DNA of 64,000 bases, from the NCBI RefSeq assembly GCF_902713615.1, contig NC_052172.1, positions 6,057,337 through 6,121,336 on the forward strand, given 5' to 3'. The first letter of the stretch is position 1, and every line of letters starts with the position of its first letter. The notes below the pieces were generated by a model. It was not told the origin of the DNA. It worked only from the letters and a program-made list of their open reading frames with translations, and did not search any database. Of the stretch, positions 1 through 10,809 are shown in pieces. Both the position numbers and the translations under genes were made by a program. Origin of the DNA: Scyliorhinus canicula (lineage: Eukaryota).

Positions 1-100
1 CCCCTCGAGCTTGTTACTGAGAAACAGGACGTGAGCATTCAGCCCCTCGAGCCTGTTACACAGATAACGAAGTGGTCATCCATTGCTTCCACCAGTTCAA
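1..100 (+). repeat. Degenerate ~42-bp tandem repeat (cccctcgagcctgttacacag... unit), cut by the window start
   Basis: cccctcgagc(t/c)tgttac starts at 1 and again at 43; the same unit recurs at 10415-10570. Confidence 0.6.
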
Positions 101-239
101 CAGGTCAAGGCCATTAAATCGATCAAAATTTCTGTGCTGTTCAGTTGCATCACAGGATATGAGAGTGACTGGCATCTAGGTGGACAGAGGGGGGTTGAAG
201 AAAGAAAATCAAGCCAGAGGCAAAGATGGCAACACAAAG

Positions 240-545
240 GAGAGGGAGGTGGAACACGTGCCAGAGTGAGATGAAGAGAACGAGAGCGATAGAGAGTGAG
301 AGAGCGAGGGAGCGAGCAATGAAGACAACCAGACAGAGACACAGACAGAGAGATAAAGTGTTAGAAAGATCAAGCGTGGAACAGAGTGAGACAGAGAGAT
401 AGAGAGCGAGACTGAGTGAGACAGACAGAGAGACAGAGATGGAGAGAAGGAAGATAGTGAATGACAACGTAGAAGAAGAGAAATAGAGAGAGAGAAAATG
501 AGACCGAGACTGAAAGACAGTGCGAAAGAGAGACAGAGGGACAGA
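240..545. repeat. Purine-rich (GA/GACA)n-derived low-complexity tract
   Basis: Runs of gagaga/gacaga; source of the Ser/Leu-rich spurious - strand ORFs. Confidence 0.85.
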
Positions 546-1839
546 TACAAACGCGGAAACACAAAATTCCACATCTGCCTATATTCACATCCCAATTCAT
601 TAAATGACGCCCTGGTGGACCATGAGTGAACTGCATCCTGAATATAATATTGCCTTTTGCAGATTCCGCCCTCAAGGCCTGATCATCCAATCCTCTTGAT
701 CATCATAGAACCAAATAATTAGCCAATCGTGAGCTGGGACCGATTTGAGACTCCCCGTGTTGCATTGTCTGCCTCCGGCTTCTCAAGGCCTTCCCTTCGG
801 GGCATGGTGTTGAAATATTGAGGCAATGATGACATTGCGAAGTTGCACCTGGATTCGGACTAGGTTTTGGGAACCCAGATGAAGTTGTGATGAAGTTGTG
901 ATGATTTAATTAAATACGGAGTCACCGAAGCGGTTCTTCGAATGTGACCGCTTTGAGCCCTGTCAATCATCGGTAATTAGCAACGGCAGTGATTCTGATT
1001 GGTGTGACCGAAGTGAGAAATGTTGCAACCTTCTCTAACAGCTCCACACTCTTGTCCTTACACCTTCCCTTTGCTGAAGGACAAACACCTCGTGAAATAT
1101 GCATTTGTTACTGTGACCAATGGTCTGATTTCATCGTAAGGAATCACTTTCAAATAATAATGATTCACAATCTTCTTTTGTGCAGTTAGCTATTTTCCTC
1201 TGCCTGTTTTCCTACCTTTCTCTTTCTTTCCCAGAAATGAACTCACACAATATTCCCCAGACTCTCGAATATTCGCCAGATTCGAATAGCGCAAATGTAT
1301 TCAAGGTGGAATCTAGATAAAGGCTCGAGGAAGAAAGGAATAGGTAACTTTGCCAATGCGGTCGAACATCAACCTTCCCGGAACTGAAGTCAGGAGCACA
1401 TTCAGTCAGCAGTTGACACTGTTTTCCAGGGAGCAGGTGAAGCAGGTTGTGGGTGAGACATGTCTAAATAACAAATGCAGAAAGAGGGGAAGAACATGTC
1501 TGAAAGATAATTGAGAAAACAAGTGAAAATGAGAACAAGGAAAACATTTGAAATCACTTAGTTTATGTTTTCATTCTCTACATCGACTGATGAGGGCGCT
1601 CCAGGACCGTTCAACACATCAATGCCTGGAACTAGGACCAATAATAACCCAGGAATTGGAGGACATAAACTCCCCGATATATTTCTTTTTATTATTCCAT
1701 GGGTCGTAGGCGTAATTGGCGAGGCCACTATTTGTTGTCCAATTCCTCTTTTGTTTGAGAATGTGATTGTGAGTAGGTGTACCCATAATGCTGTTAGGGA
1801 CGTCGTTCCAGGATTTTGTTCGAGCGAAGCTACAACAAT

Positions 1840-2842
1840 CTGGTCATTAATTAGGATGATGGGAAATAACCTGCAGCCTGTGGTGTGCCCCTGCATTTGC
1901 TGCTTTTGTCCTTCAAGGTGAGATAGGTCACGTGCTTGGATAGTACTGTGGCAGGAGCATCTTGCAGACGGTACACATGCTTCCACTGTTCTTTGGCGGC
2001 GGTGAGAGCGTTTAAGATGGTGGATATGGTGCCGTTCGAGCGGGGCTGCTTTGTCCTGGATAGCGTTGAGCTTCTTGGGTGTTATTGGAGCTGCACTCAT
2101 CCAGAAAAAGTCGTGCGCGTCACATCACGCCCCTGACCTGTGCCTTGTTGAGGATGGAGAGATTTGAGTCTCACACAGTGAGTTGACTATGATCAGCCCT
2201 TTTTGCCACTGTATTTATATGGATAGTCAATGGTAAAATCAAGACTGGCAGTTGTGGGAGATTGAACGATAGTAATACCATTGAATATCATGGCTAGATC
2301 GCTGGGTTATCTCTTGTGCACATTGCAGGATCTTGTATGCCATGAGTGGAGTTACTGAGGAGTTATGAATGGTGCTGAACATTGTGCAATTATCATTAAA
2401 CATCTCCATCTCTGACCTTACGATGGAGGGAGTCTGATTCTTGGAGGAGCTGAAGATGGTTGGCCGGTGGAGCAATTGCAGGAATGACTCTTGCCTTTTG
2501 CAGTATCCAGCTCCTTCAGCCGCTTCTTGATATCAGGTGGAGTGAATCGAATTATTTACAGACTGGTGTTTGTGATGCTGGGGACCTCATGAGGAGGCCG
2601 AGATTTTTCAACCACTGGGTAGCGCTGGCTGAACAATGATTCAGCCTTGCAGTTTACGCTGATATTCTGGACTCCCCCCTCATTGTGCATGGGGGCATTT
2701 GAGGAACCTCCTCCTCCCGTTTGTTTAATTCTCTGCCAGAGTTCACGACAGACTTCAGAAGGATTGAAGAGCTTAGAGCTGATCCGTTAGTTGTAGTTCG
2801 CTTAGCTTTGTCTCTTGCAAGCTGGTCCGCTGTTTGACACAT
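1840..2842 (-). mobile_element. Old CR1-superfamily (L2/Crack/Daphne-like) LINE RT C-terminal remnant; continues at ~6319-6520 after the younger CR1 insertion
   Basis: - strand ORF contains LNAIQDKAA...HHLKRSHRRQRTV; colinear homologue at 57050-58330 (LKKLDTLQGKAA...HHHQRTVKVVCTICKMQCSNSPRLL). Confidence 0.7.
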
Positions 2843-5800
2843 AAGAACATAAGAACATAAGAACTAGGAGCAGGAGTAGGCCATCTGGCCCCTCGAGCCT
2901 GCTCCGCCATTCAATTAGATCATGGCTGATCTTTTGTGGACTCAGCTCCACTTTCCGGCCCGAACACCATAACCCTAAATCCCTTTATTCTTCAAAAAAC
3001 TATCTATCTTTACCTTAAAAACATGTAATGAACCACTGGGCGGCAACAGCCGAGCGAGTAAGGGGATGGATCCAGGAGCCAGAAGCCGAGTGGGTGCGTG
3101 CGGAGGAGGCCTCCTGCATGGGGACCTCCCTCCGGGCCCTCGCCACGGCAGCACTCCCATCCCCACCCAAAAAACACTCCAGCAGCCCAGTGGTGACAGC
3201 CACCCTCCAATCATGGAACCAACTGCGGCAGCAATTTGGCCTGAACAAAATGTCGGACAAGGCTCCCATCTGCAACAACCATAGGTTCAAACCAGCACTG
3301 ACTGACGCCACCTTCAAAAGGTGGAGACAGGACGGGGGGACACTGACAGTCAGGGACCTATACACGGACGACAGGATCGCAACACTGGACGAACTGACAG
3401 AGAAATTTCAGCTAGCTGGGGGGAACGAGCTACGGTACCTGCAGCTCAAAAACTTCCTACGAAAGGAGACAAGGACGTACCCACAACCGCCACGACAGAC
3501 ACTACTGGAAGACCTACTGGACGCAAGTATCCTAGAGAAAGGGAACTGTAGTGACATGTATGGCCGACTGGTAGATAGGGACGACACCGTACTGGACGCA
3601 ACAAGAAGGAAATGGGAGGACGACCTGGGGATGGAGATAGGGTGGGGACTCTGGAGCGAAGCACTGCATAGGGTCAACTCCACCTCCACGTGCGCAAGGC
3701 TCAGCCTGACGCAACTAAAAGTGGTACATAGAGCCCACTTAACGAGAAACCGTATGAGTAGGTTCTTCCCGGAGGTGGAGGACAGATGTGAGCGGTGCCA
3801 AAGAGGCCCGGCCAACCACGCCCACATGTTCTGGTCTTGCCCCAGACTTGTGGAGTACAGGACAGCCTTCTTCGAGGCTATGTCCAATGTGGTGGGGGTG
3901 AGGGTGGAGCCATGCCCGATAGTGGCGGTCTTCGGGGTTTCAGACCAGCCAGATCTATTCCTGGGGAGGAGGGCGGACGCCCTTGCCTTTGCCTCCCTGA
4001 TCGCCCGCCGTAGAATCCTGTTTGGCTGGCGGTCAGCAGCACCGCCCAGAGCTGCAGACTGGCTGTCCGACCTCTCGGATTCTCTCCAAATGGAGAAAAT
4101 CAAATTCGCCATCCGAGGGTCGGACGACGGCTTCCACAGAACGTGGGAGCCATTCATGCAATTGTTCCGGGACCTGTTTGTGGCCAACGTACAAGAGGAA
4201 GAATAGTCGGGGGAAGGTAGCCGGCGGGGAGGGGGGGGGGGGGGGGGGGCTACGGGCTCGTTACGGGGGTTTGATGGCTAGCTAAGGCCCAAAACCAAAC
4301 TAAATAAATGCCAATAAACATGTTGGGGAATGTAAAATATGTATGCCGGCAAAGAGGGGGAGGCCACAGTTATTACTACGAAGATGCTCACCTGTAAATA
4401 TATATGTTAATTTTTGCGTGTTTTTTTTTCTCTCTCTAACAATTTGTAATTTGTTCAATATAAAACATGAAAACTGAATAAAAAACATTTATAAAAAAAA
4501 AACATGTAATGAAGGGGCCTCAACTGCTTCACTGGGCAAGGAATTCCATAGATTCACAACCCTTTGGGTGAAGAAGTTCCTCCTAAACTCAGTCCTAAAT
4601 CTACTTCCCCTTATTTTGAGGCTATGCCCTCTAGTTCTGCTGTCACCCGCCAGTGGAAACAACCTGCCCGCATCTATCCTATCTATTCCCTTCATAATTT
4701 AAAATGTTTCTATAAGATCCCCCCTCATCCTTCTAAATTCCAACGAGTACAGTCCCAGTCTACTCAACCTCTCCTCATAATCCAACCCCTTCAGCTCTGG
4801 GATTAACCTAGTGAATCTCCTCTGCACACCCTCCAGCGCCAGTACGTCCTTTCTCAAGTAAGGAGACCAAAACTGAACACAATACTCCAGGTGTGGCCGC
4901 ACTAACACCTTATACAATTGCAACATAACCTCCCTAGTCTTAAACTCCATCCCTCTAGCAATGAAGGACAAAATTCCATTTGCCTTCTTAATCACCTGTT
5001 GCACTTGTAAACCAACCTTCTATGACTCATGCACTAGCACACCCAAGTCTCTCTGAACAGCGGCTTGCTTTAATATTTTATCGTTTAAATAATAATCCCG
5101 TTTGCTGTTATTCCTACCAAAATGGATAACCTCACATTTGTCAACATTGTATTCCATCTGCCAGACCCGAGCCCATTCACTTAACCTATCCAAATCCCTC
5201 TGCAGACTTCCAGTGTCCTCTGCACTTTTCGCTTTACCACTCATCTTAGTGTCATCTGCAAACTTGGACACATTGCCCTTGGTCCCCAACTCCAAATCAT
5301 CAATGTAAATTGTGAACAATTGTGGGCCCAACACGGATCCCTGAGGGACACCACTAGCTACTGATTGCCAACCAGAGAAACACCCATTTATCCCAACTCT
5401 TTGCTTTCTATTAATTAACCAATCCTCTATCCATGCTACTACTTTACCCTTAATGCCATGCATCTTTATCTTATGCAGCAACCTTTTGTGTGGCACCTTG
5501 TCAAAGGCTTTCTGGAAATCCAGATATACCACATCCATCGGCTCCCCGTTATCTACTGCACTGGTAATGTCCTCAAAAAATTCCACTAAATTAGTTAGGC
5601 ATGACCTGCCTTTTACGAACCCATGCTGCGTCTGCCCAATGGGACAATTTCTATCCAGATGCCTCGCAATTTCTTCCTTGATGATAAATTCCAGCATCTT
5701 CCCTATTACCGAAGTTAAACTCACTGGCCTATAATTTCCTGCTTTCTGCCTACCTCCTTTTTTAAACAGTGACGTCACGTTTGCTAATTTCCAATCCACC

Positions 5801-6318
5801 GGGACCACCCCAGAGTCTAGTGAATTTCGGTAAATTATCACTAGTGCATCTGCAATTTCCCTAGCCATCTCTTTTAGCACTCTGGGATGCATTCCATCAG
5901 GGCCAGGAGACTTGTCTACCTTTAGCCCCATTAGCTTGCCCATCACTCCCTCCTTAGTGATAACAATCCTCTCAAGGTCCTCACCTGTCATAGCCTCATT
6001 TCTATCAGTCGCTGGCATGTTATTTGTGTCTTCCACTGTGAAGACCGACCCAAAAAACCTGTTCAGTTCCTCAGCCATTTCCTCATTTCCCATTATTAAA
6101 ACTCCCTTCTCATCCTCTAAAGGGCCAATATTTACCTTAGCCACTCTTTTTTGTCTTATATATTTGTAAAAACTTTTACTGTCTGTTTTTATATTCTGAG
6201 CAAGTTACCTCTCATACTCTATCTTACTCTTCTTTATAGCTTTTTTAGTAGCTTTCTGTTGCCCCCTAAAGATTTCCCAGTCCTCTAATCTCCCAGCAAT
6301 CTTTGCCACTTTATATGC
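2843..6318 (-). mobile_element. 5'-truncated CR1 LINE (RT domain and 3' tail), interrupted by an L1 insertion
   Basis: ORF 5020-6144 has RT motifs (YRPVSLTS, QHGF, YLDFQKAFDKVPH, SGVPQGSVLGP, KFADDTK); frameshifted continuation at 4699-5004 (RPHLEYCVQFWSP); 3' end is the (cataagaa)n 8-bp repeat at 2840-2862. Confidence 0.95.
3033..4497 (+). mobile_element. 5'-truncated L1/Tx1-clade LINE: ORF2 C-terminus, 3'UTR and poly(A), with 16-bp TSD
   Basis: Stop-free frame to 4206 with CCHC knuckle CERCQRGPANHAHMFWSC; AATAAA at 4477-4482 then an A-tail; TSD aaaaacatgtaatgaa at 3017-3032 and 4498-4513; target cctt|aaaa. The ORF-track ATG at 3028 lies in the TSD, so it is not a real start. Confidence 0.93.
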
Positions 6319-7164
6319 ACCTGTGGTGCAGATTCATATGTTTGACAAGTCATTTTGGCTGTCAGGTGCTACTCTTGGCAGGCCCTCCTGCACTCCTCAT
6401 TAAACTTCTGGAATAGTCTCCAGGTTTGATGATAATTGTAGAGTGAGGTTACAGGTTGTGGTTGTTTCCAATTCAACTGCTGTTGATGGCCCACAAAGCT
6501 TCACGGATATCCAGTTTTGATTTGCCAGATAGTTTTGATAATTAATTGGTATTTTAACTTGATGCGGATGAGGTGAAATCAGTTTATCAGTTCACCCCTC
6601 ATCCTCCTGTCTTGCTGGTAACGCAAATAACCTTCTGCAAACTATCTTCTTGAATCTTTGTTTGATGCGGTACAGTCACTGGTGTTGGGTTAATGTGACG
6701 TGACGGAGCTTCACGTCCAGCGGCTCAGGTTAATGTTCTGGCGGGAAATGTTCTCAACTCAAAATTGCAGCGAACGGAATTTAAATTCAATTCATTAAAA
6801 ATAATGATTGAAAGCTGGTCTCTGGAATGATAGCCATGAAATTATTAATTGTTGAAAACACATGGAATGCCACACCAATGTGGTTGACACTTCGCTGCCC
6901 CCTGAAATCTCACTCAGATTAAGGACAATAGGGGATAGACAATATTTGCGAGCGATAGCCACGATTGTGAAGCACGTCATGCTGGTCATTCTGCTTTGCA
7001 ATTCCTCTCAGCCGAATACACCCTTCTTGATGTGCGTTACCCAGCTCTGAATGCGGTATTCCAGAGTTCTGTAACAATATAAGGAAAACGCCCTCCATTT
7101 ATTCCAGTTCCCACGGTGGAAAGGCTGGCATTTCATTAAGATTTAATTTCCTATCCCAACAAAA

Positions 7165-7372
7165 ACTGGGTGTGAGTGATTTGTGGAGCTGAACTTCTTT
7201 CCTCCTCCACAGTGTGTTGACTCTAGCCAGTTAGAAGAGGCACTGCTCTAAATTTCTTGGTCCGATCTCAAGCACTATATTTTCTTTGCTCTCCGCTTCA
7301 TCTGTTTATGGCCCCTTCGCTACTTCCTGCTCCAGCCCAGACCACCTATCATAGAAAGGGGCGTGTCTTCCG
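7165..7372 (+). promoter_or_regulatory. Putative V1 promoter: conserved upstream block plus GC-box/Ets-like motif
   Basis: gagtgatttgtggagctgaacttctttcctcctccaca is identical to the V3 upstream sequence (~60044-60080); AAGGGGCGTGTCTTCC at 7356-7371. Confidence 0.55.
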
Positions 7373-7431
7373 GGATCTCTACAGTCCTTTGAGGTTTCTT
7401 CAATGATTTGACAGGGGACCAGCTGAGTCCC

Positions 7432-8445
7432 GTGAAGACCGGTCTCTCTCTCTCGTTTCCGTTCATTTGTCTGGCAGAAGTAAAGTTTAACATTAAAGAT
7501 GTTTGTGTTTTATAGATTTCATAGAATTTACAGTGCAGAAGGAGACCATTCGGCCCATCGAGCCTGCACCGGCCCTTGGAAAGAGCACCCTACCGAAGGT
7601 CAACACCTCCACCCTATCCCCATAACCCAGTAACCCCACCCAACAGTAAGGGCAGTTTTGGACACTAAGGGTAATTTAGCACAGCCAATCCACCTAACCT
7701 GCACATCTTTGGACTGTGGGGGGAAACCGGAGCACCCGGAGGAAATTAAATTAAATTAAATGAAAATCGCTTATTGTCACGAGTAGGCTTCAAATGAAGT
7801 TACTGTGAAAAGCCCCTAGTCGCCACATTCCGGCGCCTGTTCGGGGAGGCTGGTATCCCCACGCACACACGGGGAGGATGTGCAGACTCCGCACAGACAG
7901 TGACCCAAGCCAGAATCGAACCTGGGAGCCTGGAGCTGTGAAGCAATTGTGCTATCCACAACGATACCGTGCTGCCCCGGGTTACTGAGCCTCACGGCGT
8001 TATTTCAGTGTAAGTGATAGTTTTTGTGAGCAACAATCTTTTAGAGTTTATTTCCTTCTTTCTCACTTGTTTTCCTTCCTTCCTTTTGCCCTCTCACCAT
8101 AAGGATGTCGGTATTTATGAACCAACTGTTCACCCGATCCCTCTTCCAGATGTGAGCTCAGTGAAAATCCACCAGACCCCCGCCGCTGTCTCCAAATTTG
8201 TTGGGGAGGGAGTGAAACTAGATTGTGAGGCTGAGGGAGACAGTAGCCATTACATGTAATGGTACAGACAGTATCCCGGGAAGGGGCTGCAGCTCATGTT
8301 TTCCTCTATAGTTGGGCCCGCTGTTAATCCACCGGGGATTGTGGACGGTTTCAGCGCCAAACGGCCGACTGGCTCCGAGTTCAACCTGGCGTTGTCCAGC
8401 CTGAGGGTGGATCACTCGGCCGTGTATTACTGCGCCTGGAGTCTT
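7432..8445 (+). pseudogene. TRBV: V1: TCR V segment pseudogene (TRBV30-like family). Leader exon 7432-7479, V exon 8150-8445
   Basis: V exon reads DVSSVKIHQTPAAVSKFVGEGVKLDCEAEGDSSHYM*WYRQYPGKGLQLMFSSIVGPAVNPPGIVDGFSAKRPTGSEFNLALSSLRVDHSAVYYCAWSL. Lesions: in-frame TAA at 8257-8259; start codon GTG where V3 has ATG; 48-nt leader exon out of phase with the phase-1 acceptor (cttccag, 8148-8149); damaged nonamer. Confidence 0.92.
7513..7978 (-). mobile_element. HE1-like tRNA SINE in the V1 leader intron, with a truncated second-family SINE nested at ~7746-7855
   Basis: Reverse-complement tRNA-like head (B box ggttcgattc), central core and CR1-like tail; inner insert aaatgaaaatcgcttattgtcacgagtaggcttc... 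matches the 19293 family; absent from the V3 intron. Confidence 0.88.
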
Positions 8446-8484
8446 CACAGTGACTCAGAGAGATGGAGCAGTTCAACAGAAAGG
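8446..8484 (+). promoter_or_regulatory. 23-RSS of V1 with degraded nonamer
   Basis: CACAGTG (8446-8452) + 23-bp spacer + ACAGAAAGG (8476-8484); a short deletion relative to V2 removed ...aaacccc. Confidence 0.9.
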
Positions 8485-8542
8485 CAGCAGGAGACAGCTG
8501 TCTTTGACAACTCTGCGCGGTGGTTGGACTTAATGTGGTTTC

Positions 8543-9350
8543 ATAAGCCCATAAGACATCGGAGCAGAATTAGGCCACTCGGCCCATCGAGTCTGATCCG
8601 GCATTCAATCATGGCTGATATTTTCTCATCCCCATTCTCCTGCCGTCTCCCCATAACCCCGGATCCCCTTATTAATCAAGAACCTATCTATCTCTGTCTT
8701 AAAGACACTCAGTGAATTAGCCTCCATGGCCTTCTGCAGTAAAGAGTTCCACAGGTTCATCACCCTCTGGCTGAAGAAATTCCCACTCATCTCTGTTTTA
8801 AAGGATCGTCCCTTTAATCTGAGATGGTGCCCTCTGGTTCTAGTTTTTCCTACAAGTGGAAATATCCTCTCCACATCCATTCTATTCAGGCCTCCCAGCA
8901 TCTTGTAAGTTTCAATAAGATCCCATCTCATCCATCTAAACTTCAACGAGTACAGACCCAGAGTGCTCAAACGTTCCTCATATGACAAGTTTTCATTCCA
9001 GGGATCATTCTTGTGAACCTCCTCTGGACCCTTTCCAAGGCCAGCACATCCTTCCTGAGATATGGGGCCTAAAACTGCTCACAATACTCCAAATGGGGTC
9101 TGATCAGAGCCTTATACAGCCTCAGAAGTACATTGCTGGTCTTGTATTCTAGCCCTCCTGACATGAATGCTAACATTGCATTTGCCTTCTTAACTGTCGG
9201 CTGAACCTGCACGTTAACCTTACGAGAATCATGAACAAGGGCTTGGAAATCCGTTTGTGCTTCTGCTTTGCGAAGCATTTCCCCATTTAGAAAATAGTCT
9301 ATGCCTAGATTCCACCTTCCAAAGTGCTGAACGTCACACATTCCACATTG
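8543..9350 (-). mobile_element. CR1 LINE 3' fragment
   Basis: ORFs YEERLSTLGLYSLKFR...LIETYKML...RTRGHHLRL...FFSQRVMNLWNSL and IRPHLEYCEQF; cataag-type tail. Confidence 0.9.
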
Positions 9351-9889
9351 TAACAAGTAGACATGATACAGACAATAAAAAGAGAATGATAATAATGCAA
9401 ATGACTGATTAGGTTAAGAAGCGATGGAAAAGGTGAAAGGGAAAGTTATCAAGGATGTTACTTGAACTGCGGGGTTATAACTAACAGGTAAGTGTTCACC
9501 TGTACATTTTTATTGATGAGCAAGGTTTGAGCGAATATTGGCATTATTAATGAAGTTTGCTGGGAGAGACAGAGATAACACATTTTCACTTTAGTGAGGG
9601 GCCGATACAAGGCGCCATAATTAAGAAGGTAGGCATTTATATATTTAACTGGGAATCTCAGGAGAAACCATTTTAACCAGAGTTTAAGTTTGAACTTCGC
9701 AGCTGCCAAAATTGGATTGAGGTGAGTCGCGTATTTATATTTCAGGGAGCAGCTCCAGATATACAAAGGAAGAGATAAATGGAAGGAAATGCTGATGGGA
9801 GAGATGTTTGCTGTGGTCGAAAGCAAATTCAGTCAACAGAGGGAGCTGACGTCCAGGTGTAGGTGAATTTGACTGTCAGCAAAACAAAT

Positions 9890-10000
9890 AATTGAGGAAC
9901 AAATAAAGAGAGTTCTGGGAAAACTCAGCAGGTTTGGCAACATCTGTAGGGCGTTAGAACAGAGTTGACGTTTCGAGTTTGTTTCAGTCTTCATCGGAAA
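9890..10000 (-). mobile_element. Penelope-like terminal-repeat remnant with degenerate hammerhead motif
   Basis: - strand TTCCGATGAAGACTGAAACAAACTCGAAACGTCAAC...CAGATGTTGCCAAACCTGCTGAGTTTTCCCAG; related to 51550-51645. Confidence 0.5.
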
Positions 10001-10414
10001 TCATTGAGAAAACTGTGAAATATAAGAAAGTTATGCAACTGTGATTGGGAGGGAGCTCCACATTTCCACTGCCTTTTTGCGTGAAGAGCTTTTAAATATT
10101 ATTTCATGCGGTGAGAGTGTCGCTGACAAGTTCAGCATGGGGTGTCATCCCTAATTACCCTTGAATTGAGCGGCTTTCTCGGCAATCTCAGAGGGCAGGA
10201 CACCACAATGCAGCATAATTTAAGGTCATGTGTACTGAACACATCTGTGGATACCGAATCCGAGTTAAACCTTTCAGATCTTAACCTTGGAGCAGAACTG
10301 GGAGAAGTTTGAGTTATGACTGATTTCCAGCAAGCGATGGGTGGGGCAAGAAACAAGAGGTAGACCCATGATTGGGCCAAAGCCAAATGAGATTAACCGG
10401 CAGGTCAACTCAGC

Positions 10415-10570
10415 TGTAGCCTGTTACACAGAAGCAGGATCAACCCATTCAATCCCTCGATAGCCTGTTGAACAGAAACGGGATTGGGGTATCCAACCGC
10501 CACCACACCGAGCCTGTTACACAGGGATGGAAGAAGATCATTCGTCGTCTATCCTCTTACACAGAGATTA
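10415..10570 (+). repeat. Degenerate 43-49-bp minisatellite (agcctgttacacag unit, ~4 copies)
   Basis: agcctgtt at 10418, 10462 and 10511, plus cttacacag at ~10556. Confidence 0.65.
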
Positions 10571-10697
10571 AAGGAGGTTTTTCAGGTTTGAGTAAATGTT
10601 GATGCGCCGTCATGTTTGCGAATCCAGATGTGGGTAATTACGTTTCTGTTGAGCAACTCCGCCAGTGCAATGGGGAAAGAACAGCCGTGTACATTCT

Positions 10698-10726
10698 GAT
10701 TGGCTATCTGGGGAAGGGGCGTTTCC
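10698..10726 (+). promoter_or_regulatory. Putative V2 promoter elements: inverted CCAAT box and GC-box/Ets-like motif
   Basis: GATTGG at 10698-10703; AAGGGGCGTTTCC at 10714-10726, about 90 bp upstream of the ATG; an equivalent motif precedes V1 and V3. Confidence 0.5.
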
Positions 10727-10809
10727 AAAGCTACCTCACTCTCCTCGTGGTCTTCAGGTTGGCCCAGTGCTGTTCTCCCTTCTCGTTCCTTCCCTGACGA
10801 AGAGGAATC

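Noticed and set aside
97-595. Several Ser/Leu-rich - strand ORFs, and similar ones at 15139-16380
   Set aside because: They are translations of (GA)n-type low-complexity tracts, open in multiple frames.
1030-1120. - strand CACAGTA followed by TNAYF-like codons, a possible J segment
   Set aside because: No FGxG motif, no nonamer at 12/23 bp, and no splice donor in the right place.
1235-1345. Exon-like block with a strong acceptor (ctttctttcccag) and donor (gaatag|gtaact)
   Set aside because: Stop codons in all three frames and no recognisable homology; at most a non-coding exon.
2174-2180. Isolated CACAGTG/CACTGTG heptamers (also ~7208, 10843, 11045, 38589, 61031, 63032)
   Set aside because: No ACAAAAACC-like nonamer at 12 or 23 bp, so no D or J segments are supported in this window.
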